DNA of 64,000 nucleotides from an uncultured Actinomycetes bacterium (GCA_963713185.1 CAVQKV010000001.1:227042-291041); one strand, 5' to 3'. Shown: positions 33,577-43,608, numbered from the stretch's first letter. The notes: generated by a model from the sequence alone, not told the origin. Program-made: numbers and translations.

Positions 33577-34815
33577 ATGCCGAACGCCGCTCGACGGATC
33601 GGGCTCGGGACCGTCTTCGCCCTCCTCGCGGGCACCCTGATCCTCGGGCATGCGGTCAAGGCTCCCTGCGCCTCCGGGGACTGGACGGACGACCGCCAGT
33701 ACACGCGGCTGTGCTACTCGGACATCGTCCATCAGCTCGGCACCGAGCAGCTGCGCGGCGGCCGGCTGCCGTACCTCGATCCCTGCGAGGAGGGCTCGAG
33801 CGAGTGCGACGAGTACCCGGTACTCACGATGTGGACGATGCGGGCCGCGGCGTGGATCTCGGGCCCGAGCGTGACCGGCTTCTTCACCACGAGCGCGATC
33901 TTGATGTGGATCGGGGCGTTCGTCGTCGCGCTCTGTCTGTACGTGCTCGTCGGCGACCGCGTCCTGTACTTCGTGCTCGCCCCGACCCTCGCGCTGTACG
34001 CGACGATGAACTGGGACCTGCTCGCGGTCGCGCTCGCGACGGCGGGGACGTTCGCCTACCTGCGCCGCAAGGACGGATGGTCGGGGGTGCTCCTGGGGCT
34101 CGGTGCGGCTGCCAAGGTGTTCCCGATGCTGCTCGTGGTCCCCTTCGTCGCCGGGCGGTTCCGGGGGAAGGAGCCCGACCGCGGGATCAGGCTCGCGTGG
34201 GCGGCCATCGGGACGTGGGTCGCGGTCAACCTCCCGTTCGTCCTCGCCGCCCCCGCGGGGTGGTGGGAGTTCTTCCGGTACAACGCCGTCCGGTTCGCCG
34301 ACTGGGACAGCCTCTGGTACCTCGCCTGCGAACGGGCGACCGGGGAGACCTGCGCGAACACCCGGCTGGTCAACGCGGCGTCGCTCGGCATGTTCGTCGC
34401 GTGGGTGGCCGTGGTGTGGGTGCTCAAGACACGGCGCGAACCCGGGTTCCCGAGGTGGACCCTGGGCTTCCCGATCCTCGTGCTGTTGCTGCTGACGAAC
34501 AAGGTGTACTCGCCGCAGTTCAGCCTGTGGCTGCTTCCATGGTTCGCGCTCGCCTACCCGAACCTCGGCTGGTTCGTCGCGTTCGAGATCGCGGACGTGG
34601 CCGTGTTCGTCACGCGGTTCTCCTGGTTCGGACGCTACATCGGCGTCGACGACGGCTTCGCCGGACTGCCGATCGGTGCGTTCGAGATCGCCGTCGCGGT
34701 CCGAGCGGTGGTCCTGGTCGTCTGCGTGATCGGCTGGGTCCGCGCCGACAGGTTCGGCGCATCCCCCGCCGCGCCGACCGGACCGGAGCCGGCCACCGCT
34801 GAGATCCTCACCTGA
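33577..34815 (+). CDS. GT-C-fold polytopic membrane glycosyltransferase (DUF2029/GT87-like), paralog 1
   Basis: Start MPNAARRIGLG at 33577. About 10 TM helices, a Cys-rich first loop (KAPCASGDW..LCYSDIV..DPCEEGSSECDEYPV) and NKVYSPQFSLWLLPWFAL. Confidence 0.7.
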   Translation: MPNAARRIGLGTVFALLAGTLILGHAVKAPCASGDWTDDRQYTRLCYSDIVHQLGTEQLRGGRLPYLDPCEEGSSECDEYPVLTMWTMRAAAWISGPSVTGFFTTSAILMWIGAFVVALCLYVLVGDRVLYFVLAPTLALYATMNWDLLAVALATAGTFAYLRRKDGWSGVLLGLGAAAKVFPMLLVVPFVAGRFRGKEPDRGIRLAWAAIGTWVAVNLPFVLAAPAGWWEFFRYNAVRFADWDSLWYLACERATGETCANTRLVNAASLGMFVAWVAVVWVLKTRREPGFPRWTLGFPILVLLLLTNKVYSPQFSLWLLPWFALAYPNLGWFVAFEIADVAVFVTRFSWFGRYIGVDDGFAGLPIGAFEIAVAVRAVVLVVCVIGWVRADRFGASPAAPTGPEPATAEILT

Positions 34816-34890
34816 TACGGCCGCCCGAGCGTCCGGTGGCGACCCGCGATCACGAGGACCAGTCTCCGCGCCCGGCGGACGTTCGCCGAG

Positions 34891-34896
34891 GATAAT
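34891..34896 (+). promoter_or_regulatory. candidate -10 box (GATAAT) 6 nt before the GTG start of the second GT-C gene
   Basis: Same conserved string as at 33564. Confidence 0.35.
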
Positions 34897-34902
34897 CACC
34901 GG

Positions 34903-36150
34903 GTGCCTGCCTCCACCCGCACGATCGGGATCGGCGTGGCGTTCCTGCTCGTCGCCGGGACCCTGGTGGTCGGCCTGGCGATCAAGACCCCCTGCGTCGT
35001 CCACGACTGGAACGACGGGCGTCCGCTCACGCTCGGCTGCTACACCGACCTGGTCGGCCTGATCCAGAGCGAGCAGCTCACGGGCGGGCGACTCCCCTAC
35101 CTGGACCCGTGCCAGGGCATCGCCGAAGACAGCACGTGCGACGAGTACCCGGTCATCACGATGTGGACGATGCGGCTCGCGGCGTGGGCGTCGGGCCCGG
35201 ACACCACCCGCTTCTTCTTCGCGAACGCGATCTTGATGTGGATCGCCGCCTTCTGGATCGCCTTGTGCCTGTACCTCATGGTCGGGCGCCGGGTGCTGTA
35301 CTTCGCGCTCGCGCCGACCCTCGCCCTCGCGGCCACGAACAACTGGGACCTGCTCGCGGTGGCGACCACGACGGCGGCCACGCTCGCCTACGTGCGCAGG
35401 CGCGACGTGTGGTCGGGCGTGCTGCTCGGTCTCGGCGCGGCCGCGAAGCTGTACCCGGCGTTGCTCGTCGTGCCCTTCGTCGCGGGACGCTTCCGGGGCA
35501 AGGAGCCGGACCGGGGGATCCACCTCGCCTGGGCCGCCGCCGGCACCTGGGTGGCGTTGAACCTCCCGTTCGCGATCTGGGGGACGACCGGATGGCTGGA
35601 GTTCTTCCAGAACAGCAAGGCGCGCGGGGCCAGCTGGAACAGCCTGTGGAACGCGGCGTGCAGGCTCGCGACGGATCAGGGATGCGCGACCACGAGCCTG
35701 ATCAACGTGGCCTCGCTCGTGCTGTTCGTCGCGTGGGTGGTGGTGGTCTGGCTCGTCAAGGCCAGGCGGGATCCCGGGTTCGCGCGCTGGACGCTGGGGT
35801 TCCCGATCCTGGTCCTGTTCCTGCTCTCGAACAAGGTGTACTCGCCGCAGTTCAGCCTGTGGCTGCTCCCCTGGTTCGCGCTCGCGCTGCCGAACCTACA
35901 GCTGTTCATCGCGTTCGAGGCCGCCGACGTGGTCGTGTTCCTGACCGAGTTCGGCTGGCTCGGCCACACCAACGGGCTGACGGGCGGCCTCACCGACGTC
36001 CCAACCACCGTGTTCGAGACGATGGTGCTGGTGCGGGCGGCGATCCTCGTCCTATGCGTGATCGCGTGGATCCGACGGCGCGAACCACCGCCCGTCCCCG
36101 AACCCGTGCTGCCGGTCCCGGTCGAGGTCCGAACGCCGGTCGCGGCGTGA
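34903..36150 (+). CDS. GT-C-fold polytopic membrane glycosyltransferase, paralog 2
   Basis: 415 aa, collinear with paralog 1 (by eye more than 55% identical; same Cys pattern and the same NKVYSPQFSLWLLPWFAL). Confidence 0.7.
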   Translation: MPASTRTIGIGVAFLLVAGTLVVGLAIKTPCVVHDWNDGRPLTLGCYTDLVGLIQSEQLTGGRLPYLDPCQGIAEDSTCDEYPVITMWTMRLAAWASGPDTTRFFFANAILMWIAAFWIALCLYLMVGRRVLYFALAPTLALAATNNWDLLAVATTTAATLAYVRRRDVWSGVLLGLGAAAKLYPALLVVPFVAGRFRGKEPDRGIHLAWAAAGTWVALNLPFAIWGTTGWLEFFQNSKARGASWNSLWNAACRLATDQGCATTSLINVASLVLFVAWVVVVWLVKARRDPGFARWTLGFPILVLFLLSNKVYSPQFSLWLLPWFALALPNLQLFIAFEAADVVVFLTEFGWLGHTNGLTGGLTDVPTTVFETMVLVRAAILVLCVIAWIRRREPPPVPEPVLPVPVEVRTPVAA

Positions 36151-36154
36151 GGCG

Positions 36155-37405
36155 ATGAGGACCGAGCCGGAGCCGGCGGCCGCCGCATCGGCCGACCCGC
36201 GGGACCGCGGGCCGAACCACCGGCGGTCGGTCTCGCTCGGGAACGAGGAGGCGCGCGAGCGGATCCTGCGCGCCGTCCGGTTCTGTCTCCTAGTGTTCGT
36301 CGGGCTGCGGATCGCGATGCTCGTGATCGGCCTGGTCGGGGTCACGCTGTTCCCCCCGCTCCGTGCCGTCGGCGTCCCGGGCTGGCCGGCCCACGCGGTC
36401 GACCCCGGGTGGCAGAACGCGTTCACGGCCTGGGAGCGCTTCGACGCGCTGTGGTTCCTCCGGATCGCCGAGAGCGGGTATCGCCTCCGCGACGGGAGCG
36501 CGGCGTTCTTCCCCCTGTATCCCCTGCTCGTCCGCGGGCTCTCGTTCGCGCTCGGCGGCCACCCGCTCGGCGCGGCGACCATCGTGTCGAACGCCGCGTT
36601 CTGGGGCGGGTTGGTGGTCACCTACCTCCTCACGACGTCCGAGCTGTCCGAGCGGACCGCTCGAACGACCGTGCTCCTGATATGCGTGTTCCCGGCGGCG
36701 CACTTCTTCCTGATGCCGTACAGCGAGTCCCTGTTCCTCCTGCTTTCGGTCACGGCCTTCTGGGGGGCCAGGCGGCGGCGCTGGGCGGTCGCCGGCGCCG
36801 CCGGCGCGCTCGCCGCCCTCACGCGAAGCATCGGGATCGTCATCGCACCGGCGCTCCTGATCGAGGCGCTCCACCAGCGGCGGGAGGGGCGGGGACCGGC
36901 GTGGCCCGGGGTCTTCGCCGCCACCGCCACCGGGTGCGGGCTCCTCGCGTACCTGGGGTTCTGGTGGGTACGGGATGGCGAGTGGCTGGCCCCGGTCACC
37001 TTCCAGGCGAACTGGGAGCGAACGTTCTCGTGGCCCTGGTCGACGCTGTGGAACGGGACCGTTGACGCGTTCCGCTACCTCGGCGAGGCCAACGGGGGTT
37101 ACTGGCTGATCGACTGGCTGATCGCGGTACCGATGCTCGCCGCGTCCATGTACGCGCTCGTGCGACTGCGCCCCTCGTACGGCGTCTACCTGTGGTGCGG
37201 GTTGCTGATCCCGCTTACCTTCGTTTTCGAGGGACGGCCCCTCATGTCGATGCCCCGGTTCCTGCTGCCCCTGTTCCCGGCCTTCTGGGGGCTCGCGCTC
37301 GGGCTCGAACGGCTCCGCATCCCCCGCGCCGCGGCCCTGGCCGTGGCCGCCGCCGGGCTCGGGCTCCTCTCGGTGCTCACGGTCAACTGGTACTACATCT
37401 TCTGA
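36155..37405 (+). CDS. PIG-V-like (GT76-type) membrane mannosyltransferase
   Basis: 416 aa, polytopic. WERFDALWFLRIAESGY...AAFFPLYPLLVR is typical of PIG-V family GT-C enzymes. Confidence 0.65.
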   Translation: MRTEPEPAAAASADPRDRGPNHRRSVSLGNEEARERILRAVRFCLLVFVGLRIAMLVIGLVGVTLFPPLRAVGVPGWPAHAVDPGWQNAFTAWERFDALWFLRIAESGYRLRDGSAAFFPLYPLLVRGLSFALGGHPLGAATIVSNAAFWGGLVVTYLLTTSELSERTARTTVLLICVFPAAHFFLMPYSESLFLLLSVTAFWGARRRRWAVAGAAGALAALTRSIGIVIAPALLIEALHQRREGRGPAWPGVFAATATGCGLLAYLGFWWVRDGEWLAPVTFQANWERTFSWPWSTLWNGTVDAFRYLGEANGGYWLIDWLIAVPMLAASMYALVRLRPSYGVYLWCGLLIPLTFVFEGRPLMSMPRFLLPLFPAFWGLALGLERLRIPRAAALAVAAAGLGLLSVLTVNWYYIF

Positions 37406-37479
37406 CGCCTCTCTTCTGGCCGGTCCTGGCCGCCGTATAGGATGGGCGCGCATCCTCGAGTGTCCGGAGGAGGACGAGC

Positions 37480-38118
37480 GTGACGATTCGGGTAGCGATC
37501 GCGGACGACCACTCGCTCGTGCGCCAGGGGCTCCGCAGGTACCTGGACATGGCCGATGGGATCGAGGTCGTCGGCGAGGCCGCCAACGGGCAGGAGTTGG
37601 TCGATCTCGTCGCCGAGGAGGAGCCGGACATCGCCCTGGTGGACATCCGGATGCCCGAGATGGACGGTCTGGAGGCCGCCCGGAAGATCCGCGAGACCCA
37701 CCCGAAGACCGGGGTGATCATGCTCACCGCCTACGACGACCGACAGTTCGTCGTCGAGGCGGTCCGTAGCGGCGCCCGGGGCTACGTGCTGAAGGCGCGC
37801 GACGCCGAGCACCTCATCCAGACCGTCCGGCTGGTGGCCGGCGGCAACATGGTGATCGACCCCCAGCTGGTCGTGGCGCTCGCGGAGGAGCTCTCCCAGG
37901 CCAAGGAACGCGACCGTCGGGCCGAGACCCTGACCGCCCGCGAGATCGAGGTGCTGCAGCTCCTCGCGTTCGGCCACACGAACCGCGACATCGCCGAGCG
38001 CCTATACATCTCGCCCGACACCGTCAAGACCCACCTCGAGCACATCTTCGAGAAGCTCGGCGCCTCGGACCGGACCGCGGCCGTGGCCGAGGCGCTCCGC
38101 CGAAGGCTGATCGAATAG
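37480..38118 (+). CDS. NarL/LuxR-family response regulator
   Basis: IADDHSLVRQGL..DIALVDIRMPEMDG.. and LTAREIEVLQLLAFGHTNRDIAERLYISPDTVKTHL. Confidence 0.9.
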   Translation: MTIRVAIADDHSLVRQGLRRYLDMADGIEVVGEAANGQELVDLVAEEEPDIALVDIRMPEMDGLEAARKIRETHPKTGVIMLTAYDDRQFVVEAVRSGARGYVLKARDAEHLIQTVRLVAGGNMVIDPQLVVALAEELSQAKERDRRAETLTAREIEVLQLLAFGHTNRDIAERLYISPDTVKTHLEHIFEKLGASDRTAAVAEALRRRLIE

Positions 38119-38271
38119 CCGAACGCAGGTACGGATCCCCGCCCGCCGCACGGGGCTAGGCACCGCGAACTACGCCGATACCGGCCGTCCGGCCTAGGGC
38201 CGGTCCTCCAGGTGACCCCGGTCGGGTGATGGAGACGCGAGCCCGCCTGCGCCATCATTGGCGTTCCTACG

Positions 38272-40652
38272 ATGTCGACGCAAACCCAACGCAGGGCTCG
38301 ATGGTTCGCGCCCTTCGTCCTCCTCGTCGCGGGCGCCGGCGTGGCGTTCGCCTACGCGGCGTCGGGCCGCTCCGGGTCGATCGACGGGATGCGCTTCCCG
38401 ATCGTCGCCGGATCGTGCCTGCTGTCGGCGGTCGTGATCTTGGCGCGGAGCCGCAGGCAGGACACCTGGCGCAGCGCGCCCGCGCTCGGGTTCGGGATCT
38501 TGGCGATCGCCGTCGTGAGCGGGACGTTCCTGGTGACCGAGGCGGCCGGCCCTGACCCCCCCGCCCCGGCCTGTACGACCTCGGGTTCCTCGCCGTCGCG
38601 CTGTTGTTCCTGTTCGCCGTCGCGATCGAGTTCCGCGAGCACGTCGCCCGCGAGGATCGCCGCGAGATCGCGGCCGACGTGGCGCTGCTCAGCGCGGCGT
38701 TCGGCACGATGCTGTTCCTGTACCTGCGGCCCGACTCGGCGGCCGAACCCGCCACGGCCGCTTCGGCCGCCGAGTTCGCGCTGATCGTCGCCTCCGGCTT
38801 CTCGGCGTACGGCGCGTTGGCGCTCACCCGCCCGAACGTCGCGCACCTGGGGATGTTCCTCGGGATCTGCGCGATGTGCGCCGGGGTCCTCGCCTTCGCG
38901 GACCTGTGGCTGCACGCATCGTTCGAGGTCGGCGAACCTACGATCGATCTGCCGATCGCGTTCGGGTCGCTGTTCATCGCGGCGCTCGTCAGCGTGATCC
39001 CCCGGCGGATGGTGGAGCGCCGCAAAGACCCGGCTCGGTACGGCAGGGCCGTGCTCACGACGCTCTCGGTGGCGGCGACGAGCGGCGCCCTCGCCCTGGT
39101 CGCAGTCTACGAGCAACGAGGGGACATCGATGTCCGACAGGGCTCGATGCTGATCGGCGTGTTGGCCGCGGCCATCGCGTTGCGCATCCTCGTGAACCAG
39201 GTGCGGGGGACCCAGTCGCAGCGGGCCGTGCACGACGCGCTCGACCAGAAGGAGGTCGCGCTCCGGGAGACCGACAAGGTGCTCGACCGGCTCCAACGCG
39301 CGAACGAGACCCTGCGCGAATCGGAGGAGCGCCTGCGCGCCGTGTTCGAGTCGGCGGTCGACGGCATCGTGGAGCTCGACGCGAAAGACGTGATCGTCCG
39401 CGCGAACGGCGCCTTCTGCCGGATGATCGAGCTCCCCCAGTCCCTCGTCGAGGGCCAGCCGTGGGCCGCGCTCTCCGCCTCGATCCGGGCCGACGAGCAC
39501 TTCGCGTCGCTCCCGGCGACGGGTCAGGGAACGCTCCAGCGCGAGGGGCACGCGATCTACCTGGAGTCGCGGACCTCCGAGGTCCCCGGCGACCCGCCGC
39601 GTCGGTTGCTGCTCGTCCGCGACGTGACCGCGGCCCGCGTCGCCGACCAGACGATCCGGTCGCTGTTCAAGTTCCTCCAGGACCGTGACGAGGACCGCAC
39701 CCGCATCATGCGCCGGACCAACGCGGCCATCGAGAGCGAACGCAACCGCATCGCGCGAGACCTGCACGACGGTCCGGTCCAGGGGGTCTCGGCCGCCTCG
39801 CTCTCGCTCGAGGCCGTGCTCCTGATGCTGAAGGCGGGCGAGCTCGACGAGGGGCTCGGCGTGCTCGCGAAGGTCCGCGCCGAGCTCTCCGAGGAGGCGG
39901 ACAACCTCCGTCGGCTGATGTCGGGACTGCGGCCACCGCTGCTCGAGGAGCGGGGGCTGATCCCGGCGCTGCGGGAGACGGTCGATCGGTTCGGTCGCGA
40001 CAACCACGTGCACACCGAGTTCGTGGGCCACGCGAGCGTCGAGATCCCGCAGGACCTCGAGACCCTCGCGTATCGGGTCGTCCAGGAGGCCTTGTCGAAC
40101 ACGGCCAAGCACGCGAACCCGATCTCGGTCACCGTCGCCGTCGAGACGACGGGCGGTCAGCTCCGCGTGGAGGTGATCGACGACGGGCAGGGGTTCGATT
40201 CGGGCAATGCCCGCGAGTACCTGCAGAGCGGCCGGGTGGGTCTGGCCTCGATGCGCGAGCGGGTCGAGCTCGCGAACGGGACGTTCATGGTGCACTCGAT
40301 GCCCGGTCGGGGCACGACGGTGGTCGCCTCGTTGCCGCTCGGGGCCGTCCCGGCCGCTCGCGAGTTCTCGGTGAGCGACGGGGCCTCGGAGAAGCCGGCC
40401 CCGGCGAGGGCGACGCCCCCTCAGCTCGAGCCGAACAGCTCCGTGCCCTCCGGGAGCGCCGCCGGTGGCGAGGGGCTCGGCGAGGGCGACGGCGAGGGCG
40501 ACGGCGAGGGGCTCGGGCTCGGGCTGGGCGACGGGCTCGGGCTCGGCGACGGCGACGGGCTCGGCTCAGGCGACGGCGACGGGCTCGGCTCCGGCGACGG
40601 TGTGACCGACGGCGCCGGCGGCGGCGGCGGGCTCGGCGCCCCCCGCGTGTAG
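38272..40652 (+). pseudogene. membrane PAS histidine kinase (HisKA_3/HATPase) interrupted by a frameshift in a C7 tract (38556-38562), or an assembly error
   Basis: TM helices lie in frame 1 (38272-38560) and continue in frame 0 immediately after the C7 run (PGLYDLGFLAVALLFLFAVAIEF...). Downstream are a PAS domain, the H-box IARDLHDGPVQ and GRGTTV. Confidence 0.7.
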
Positions 40653-42616
40653 CCCTCGAACGAGGGCGCGACGAACTCCTTGATCTGCATGTTGGCCGTG
40701 GCCTGCGACATGAAGTCGTGCCAGATCAGCGCGGGGATCGTGCCGCCGAACACGGCCGAATAACCCTCGACGTTCGTGAGCGGGATCTCGCCCTGCGGGT
40801 AGCCGACCCACACGCAGGTCACGAGCTGCGGCACGTACCCGCAGAACCACGCGTCACGGTACTCCTGCGCGGTACCGGTCTTGCCCGCTGCCGGGCGGCC
40901 GATGTTCGCGGCGGTGCCGGTCCCGCTCTGGATCACGCTCTGGAGCGCGTACGTCACGACGTCGGCGTCGTTCTGCCGCATCACGAGCTTGCCGCGGCCC
41001 CCGACCGTCCGGCCGGTCTTGCCGTCCGCCGTGTCCACCCGTTCGAGCGGCGAGGCCCGGTGGCGCCACCCGCGGGCCGCGAGCGTCGCGTACGCGTTCG
41101 TCATCTCGAGCGGCGTGACCGCCTGCGTGCCGAGCGTGATCGAGCACACGGACTCGAGCGGGGATCGGATCCCCATGCGATGCGCGGTCTCCACGACCGC
41201 CTCGGGCGTCACGGCCGACGCGACCTGCGCGTACACCGTGTTCACCGAGTACGTGGTGGCCGAGAGCAGCGTGAAGGTGCCGCTCTCCTCGTCGGCCGCG
41301 TTGGAGAGCTGCCAGGGCGCGCCGTCCGTGTAGCAGGCGGGGTCCGGGATCGTGATGGAGGACGGGCCGTACCAGCGAGAGTTCAGCGAGTATCCCTGCT
41401 CGACGGCCGTGGACAGCGTGAACGGCTTGAACGAGGATCCGGCCTGCCGACCCGAGCCGCCGTCGCCCGTGGCCAGGTTCACCTTCGACACGTTGAAGTT
41501 CTTCCCCCCGTACATCGCCCGGACCGCCCCATTCCGGGGATCGATCGCGACGAGCGCGGCAGCCGGGCCGCCCGGGGTGTCGAGCCGGTTCGCGACGGCC
41601 TCCTCCGCGTACCGCTGCATCTGCGGGTCGAGCGTGGTCGTCACCTGCAGCCCACCGCCGAACACGAGACCCTCGTCGTACTCGTCGAGGAGCGACCGTC
41701 GCGTGTAATCGAGGAAGTAGCCGAGCTTGCCGGGGAAGTTCAGGCCGACCGCGATCGGGTTCACGTTGATCGGTCGATCGGAAAGCTGGGCGGCGCGCTC
41801 GGGCGTGAGGTAGCCCTCGGACGCCATCTGCTGCAGGACGTAGTCGCGCCGCTCCTTCGCCGCGGCCTCCTGCTCGACCGGGTCGTAGTAGGAGGGGCTC
41901 TGGATCATGCCGGCGAGAAGCGCCGACTCGCTCGCCGAGAGCTCGGAGGCGTCCTTCTGGAAGAAGGTCTGCGCCGCGGCCTGGACGCCGTATGCTCCGC
42001 GGCCGAAGTACACGGTGTTCAGGTATTTGGCGAGGATCTCGTCCTTGGTGAACTCGCGCTCGACCTTGATCGCCAGGAGGCTCTCGCGCACCTTCTGGCC
42101 GAACGTGCGCGGCGGGACCACGTAGGTCTCGACGCCGGTCTTGGGATCCTTCTCGTACTGACCCGCGTAGACGTTCTTCACGAGCTGCTGCGTGATCGTC
42201 GAGCCGCCCTGCACGATCTCCTGCTTGACGAGGTCGGTCCACGCGGCCCGGAAGATCCCGAGGACGTCGATGCCCGGGTGCTCGTAGAACCCCTTGTCCT
42301 CGACCGCGATCACGGCGTGCCGCAGCTGGAGAGGCATGTCCGAGAGCGGGATGATCGTCCGGTCGACCGTCGAGTGCAGCGTCGCGAGCTGATTGCCCTC
42401 GCGGTCGTAGATGTAGGTGGTCTGCAGCGGCGGAGGCGTCTTCGGCAGCTCGAGCTGCGAGTACACGTAGAACAGGGTGAGCAGCAGCCCGATGGCGCCC
42501 ACGAGGGGAACGACGACCAACACCCACCACCAGCGGCGGAGCCAGGCCTTGAAGCCCTTCCGCTTCTTCGTGGGGGCGTGCTTGCGACCCTTGGGTGTCC
42601 GCGCGGGCGCGGTCAT
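40421..42616 (-). CDS. class A penicillin-binding protein (transglycosylase/transpeptidase) with a Ser-Pro tail
   Basis: GT51 motif AVEDKGFYEHPGID, GGSTITQQ, the SxxK motif (GSSFKP) and AGKTGTA. Confidence 0.9.
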   Translation of the reverse strand: MTAPARTPKGRKHAPTKKRKGFKAWLRRWWWVLVVVPLVGAIGLLLTLFYVYSQLELPKTPPPLQTTYIYDREGNQLATLHSTVDRTIIPLSDMPLQLRHAVIAVEDKGFYEHPGIDVLGIFRAAWTDLVKQEIVQGGSTITQQLVKNVYAGQYEKDPKTGVETYVVPPRTFGQKVRESLLAIKVEREFTKDEILAKYLNTVYFGRGAYGVQAAAQTFFQKDASELSASESALLAGMIQSPSYYDPVEQEAAAKERRDYVLQQMASEGYLTPERAAQLSDRPINVNPIAVGLNFPGKLGYFLDYTRRSLLDEYDEGLVFGGGLQVTTTLDPQMQRYAEEAVANRLDTPGGPAAALVAIDPRNGAVRAMYGGKNFNVSKVNLATGDGGSGRQAGSSFKPFTLSTAVEQGYSLNSRWYGPSSITIPDPACYTDGAPWQLSNAADEESGTFTLLSATTYSVNTVYAQVASAVTPEAVVETAHRMGIRSPLESVCSITLGTQAVTPLEMTNAYATLAARGWRHRASPLERVDTADGKTGRTVGGRGKLVMRQNDADVVTYALQSVIQSGTGTAANIGRPAAGKTGTAQEYRDAWFCGYVPQLVTCVWVGYPQGEIPLTNVEGYSAVFGGTIPALIWHDFMSQATANMQIKEFVAPSFEGYTRGAPSPPPPPAPSVTPSPEPSPSPSPEPSPSPSPSPSPSPSPSPSPSPSPSPSPSPSPSPPAALPEGTELFGSS
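40466..40600. repeat. GC-rich 6-nt periodic repeat (GGCGAS/GGGCTC) encoding (Ser-Pro)n on the minus strand
   Basis: The minus frame gives PSPEPSPSPSPEPSPSPSPSPSPSPSPSPSPSPSPSPSPSP. The plus frame gives GEGLGEGDGEGDGEGLGLGLGDG... Confidence 0.9.
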
Positions 42617-42733
42617 TTGACCGCCAACTTGTCACCAAGTGTAGTCACGGGGGCGCGTTCCCCGGACGTGACCTGCGGAATCGTCGTGGAGTTCCCGTGG
42701 AGACGGCGAGGCAGGGCTCGGGGGACGCTCGGA

Positions 42734-43159
42734 TCAGCCCGCGCGGGCCACGAAGGCCTCGTGCAGGTGGTTCCAGTGGCATCCGGTGCAGACCTCGACC
42801 ACGTAGCACCAGGAGCCGGGCCGGTCGGCGGCCATGTCGAGCCCGACGTCGAGCGGCCACACGCGTCCGTTGTCGTGCTTGAGCCCGTCGCCGTACACGT
42901 AGGTGACGAGCACGAGCTTGGCGTCGTGGCAGACGGGGCACTCCCGGCGCGTGGGCTCGCCCACGTGCTGGGCCGCCCGCATGAGTTCGGGGTGCGCGTC
43001 ACAGATGTCGGTCCAGGAGGCCAGCCCCGTGCGGACCTGGTTGATCAGGGCGCGCTTGGCGAGCGAGTAGTCCACCGTCGCGAGCAGCGAGCGGCGGCCG
43101 CGCCGCACCGGGAGCCGTTGCCTCATCGCCATGGTCGAGGCATGGTACACCCGCCTCAC
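42734..43159 (-). CDS. conserved Cys-rich protein (DUF5318-like), PBP-adjacent
   Basis: CPVCHD...CTGCHWNH zinc-ribbon-like pairs. The family name is from memory only. Confidence 0.5.
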   Translation of the reverse strand: MRRVYHASTMAMRQRLPVRRGRRSLLATVDYSLAKRALINQVRTGLASWTDICDAHPELMRAAQHVGEPTRRECPVCHDAKLVLVTYVYGDGLKHDNGRVWPLDVGLDMAADRPGSWCYVVEVCTGCHWNHLHEAFVARAG

Positions 43160-43191
43160 GACGCGGGCGGCCCCCCGGCGGTTCCGGGCGA

Positions 43192-43608
43192 TCAGGCCTC
43201 GGGCAGGCTCACCTCGGCGCGGGCCCTCGCCACGACCGTTCGGTCACCCGTGACGAGGAACAGGTCGCCCGCGACCACGTGGACCGATACCGCGGCCACG
43301 AACGTGCCGGGTTCGCAGGCACAGACGTCGAGCTCGGCTCCGTTCCGCGACGCGTACTCGCGTGCGAGGTCGAGGGGCGTGTGCCCTCCGTCGTCGATCG
43401 CGAGGGCTTGCGCCGCGGCGAGCGCCGCGGCGTCGGCGGCCGTCTGCGCCCTCGAGGCCGCGTGCAACACCCGGGCGACGTCGGCGGCACCCATCGAGAC
43501 CACGAGGAGCGCCCCGACCACGCCGACCACCAACAGGGAGACCGAGCCTCGTTCGCTGCGTGCGAGCAGGTTGCGAGGAGGTCGCCCGTCGCGAGCGCGG
43601 CCCGTCAT
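43192..43608 (-). CDS. TadE-like pilus-assembly protein (helicase/secretion-neighbourhood type)
   Basis: Start MTGRARDG (ATG 43608). ERGSVSLLVVGVVGALLVVSMGAADVARVL plus AAQALA... and an ATGA overlap with the upstream fragment. Confidence 0.7.
   Translation of the reverse strand: MTGRARDGRPPRNLLARSERGSVSLLVVGVVGALLVVSMGAADVARVLHAASRAQTAADAAALAAAQALAIDDGGHTPLDLAREYASRNGAELDVCACEPGTFVAAVSVHVVAGDLFLVTGDRTVVARARAEVSLPEA

Noticed and set aside
40466-40600. A CRISPR-like or other spaced-repeat array (also considered for 19807-19850).
   Set aside because: The repeats are contiguous 6-nt and 11-nt tandem units without spacers. The first array lies within coding sequence (a Ser-Pro tail). No cas genes are present in the window.
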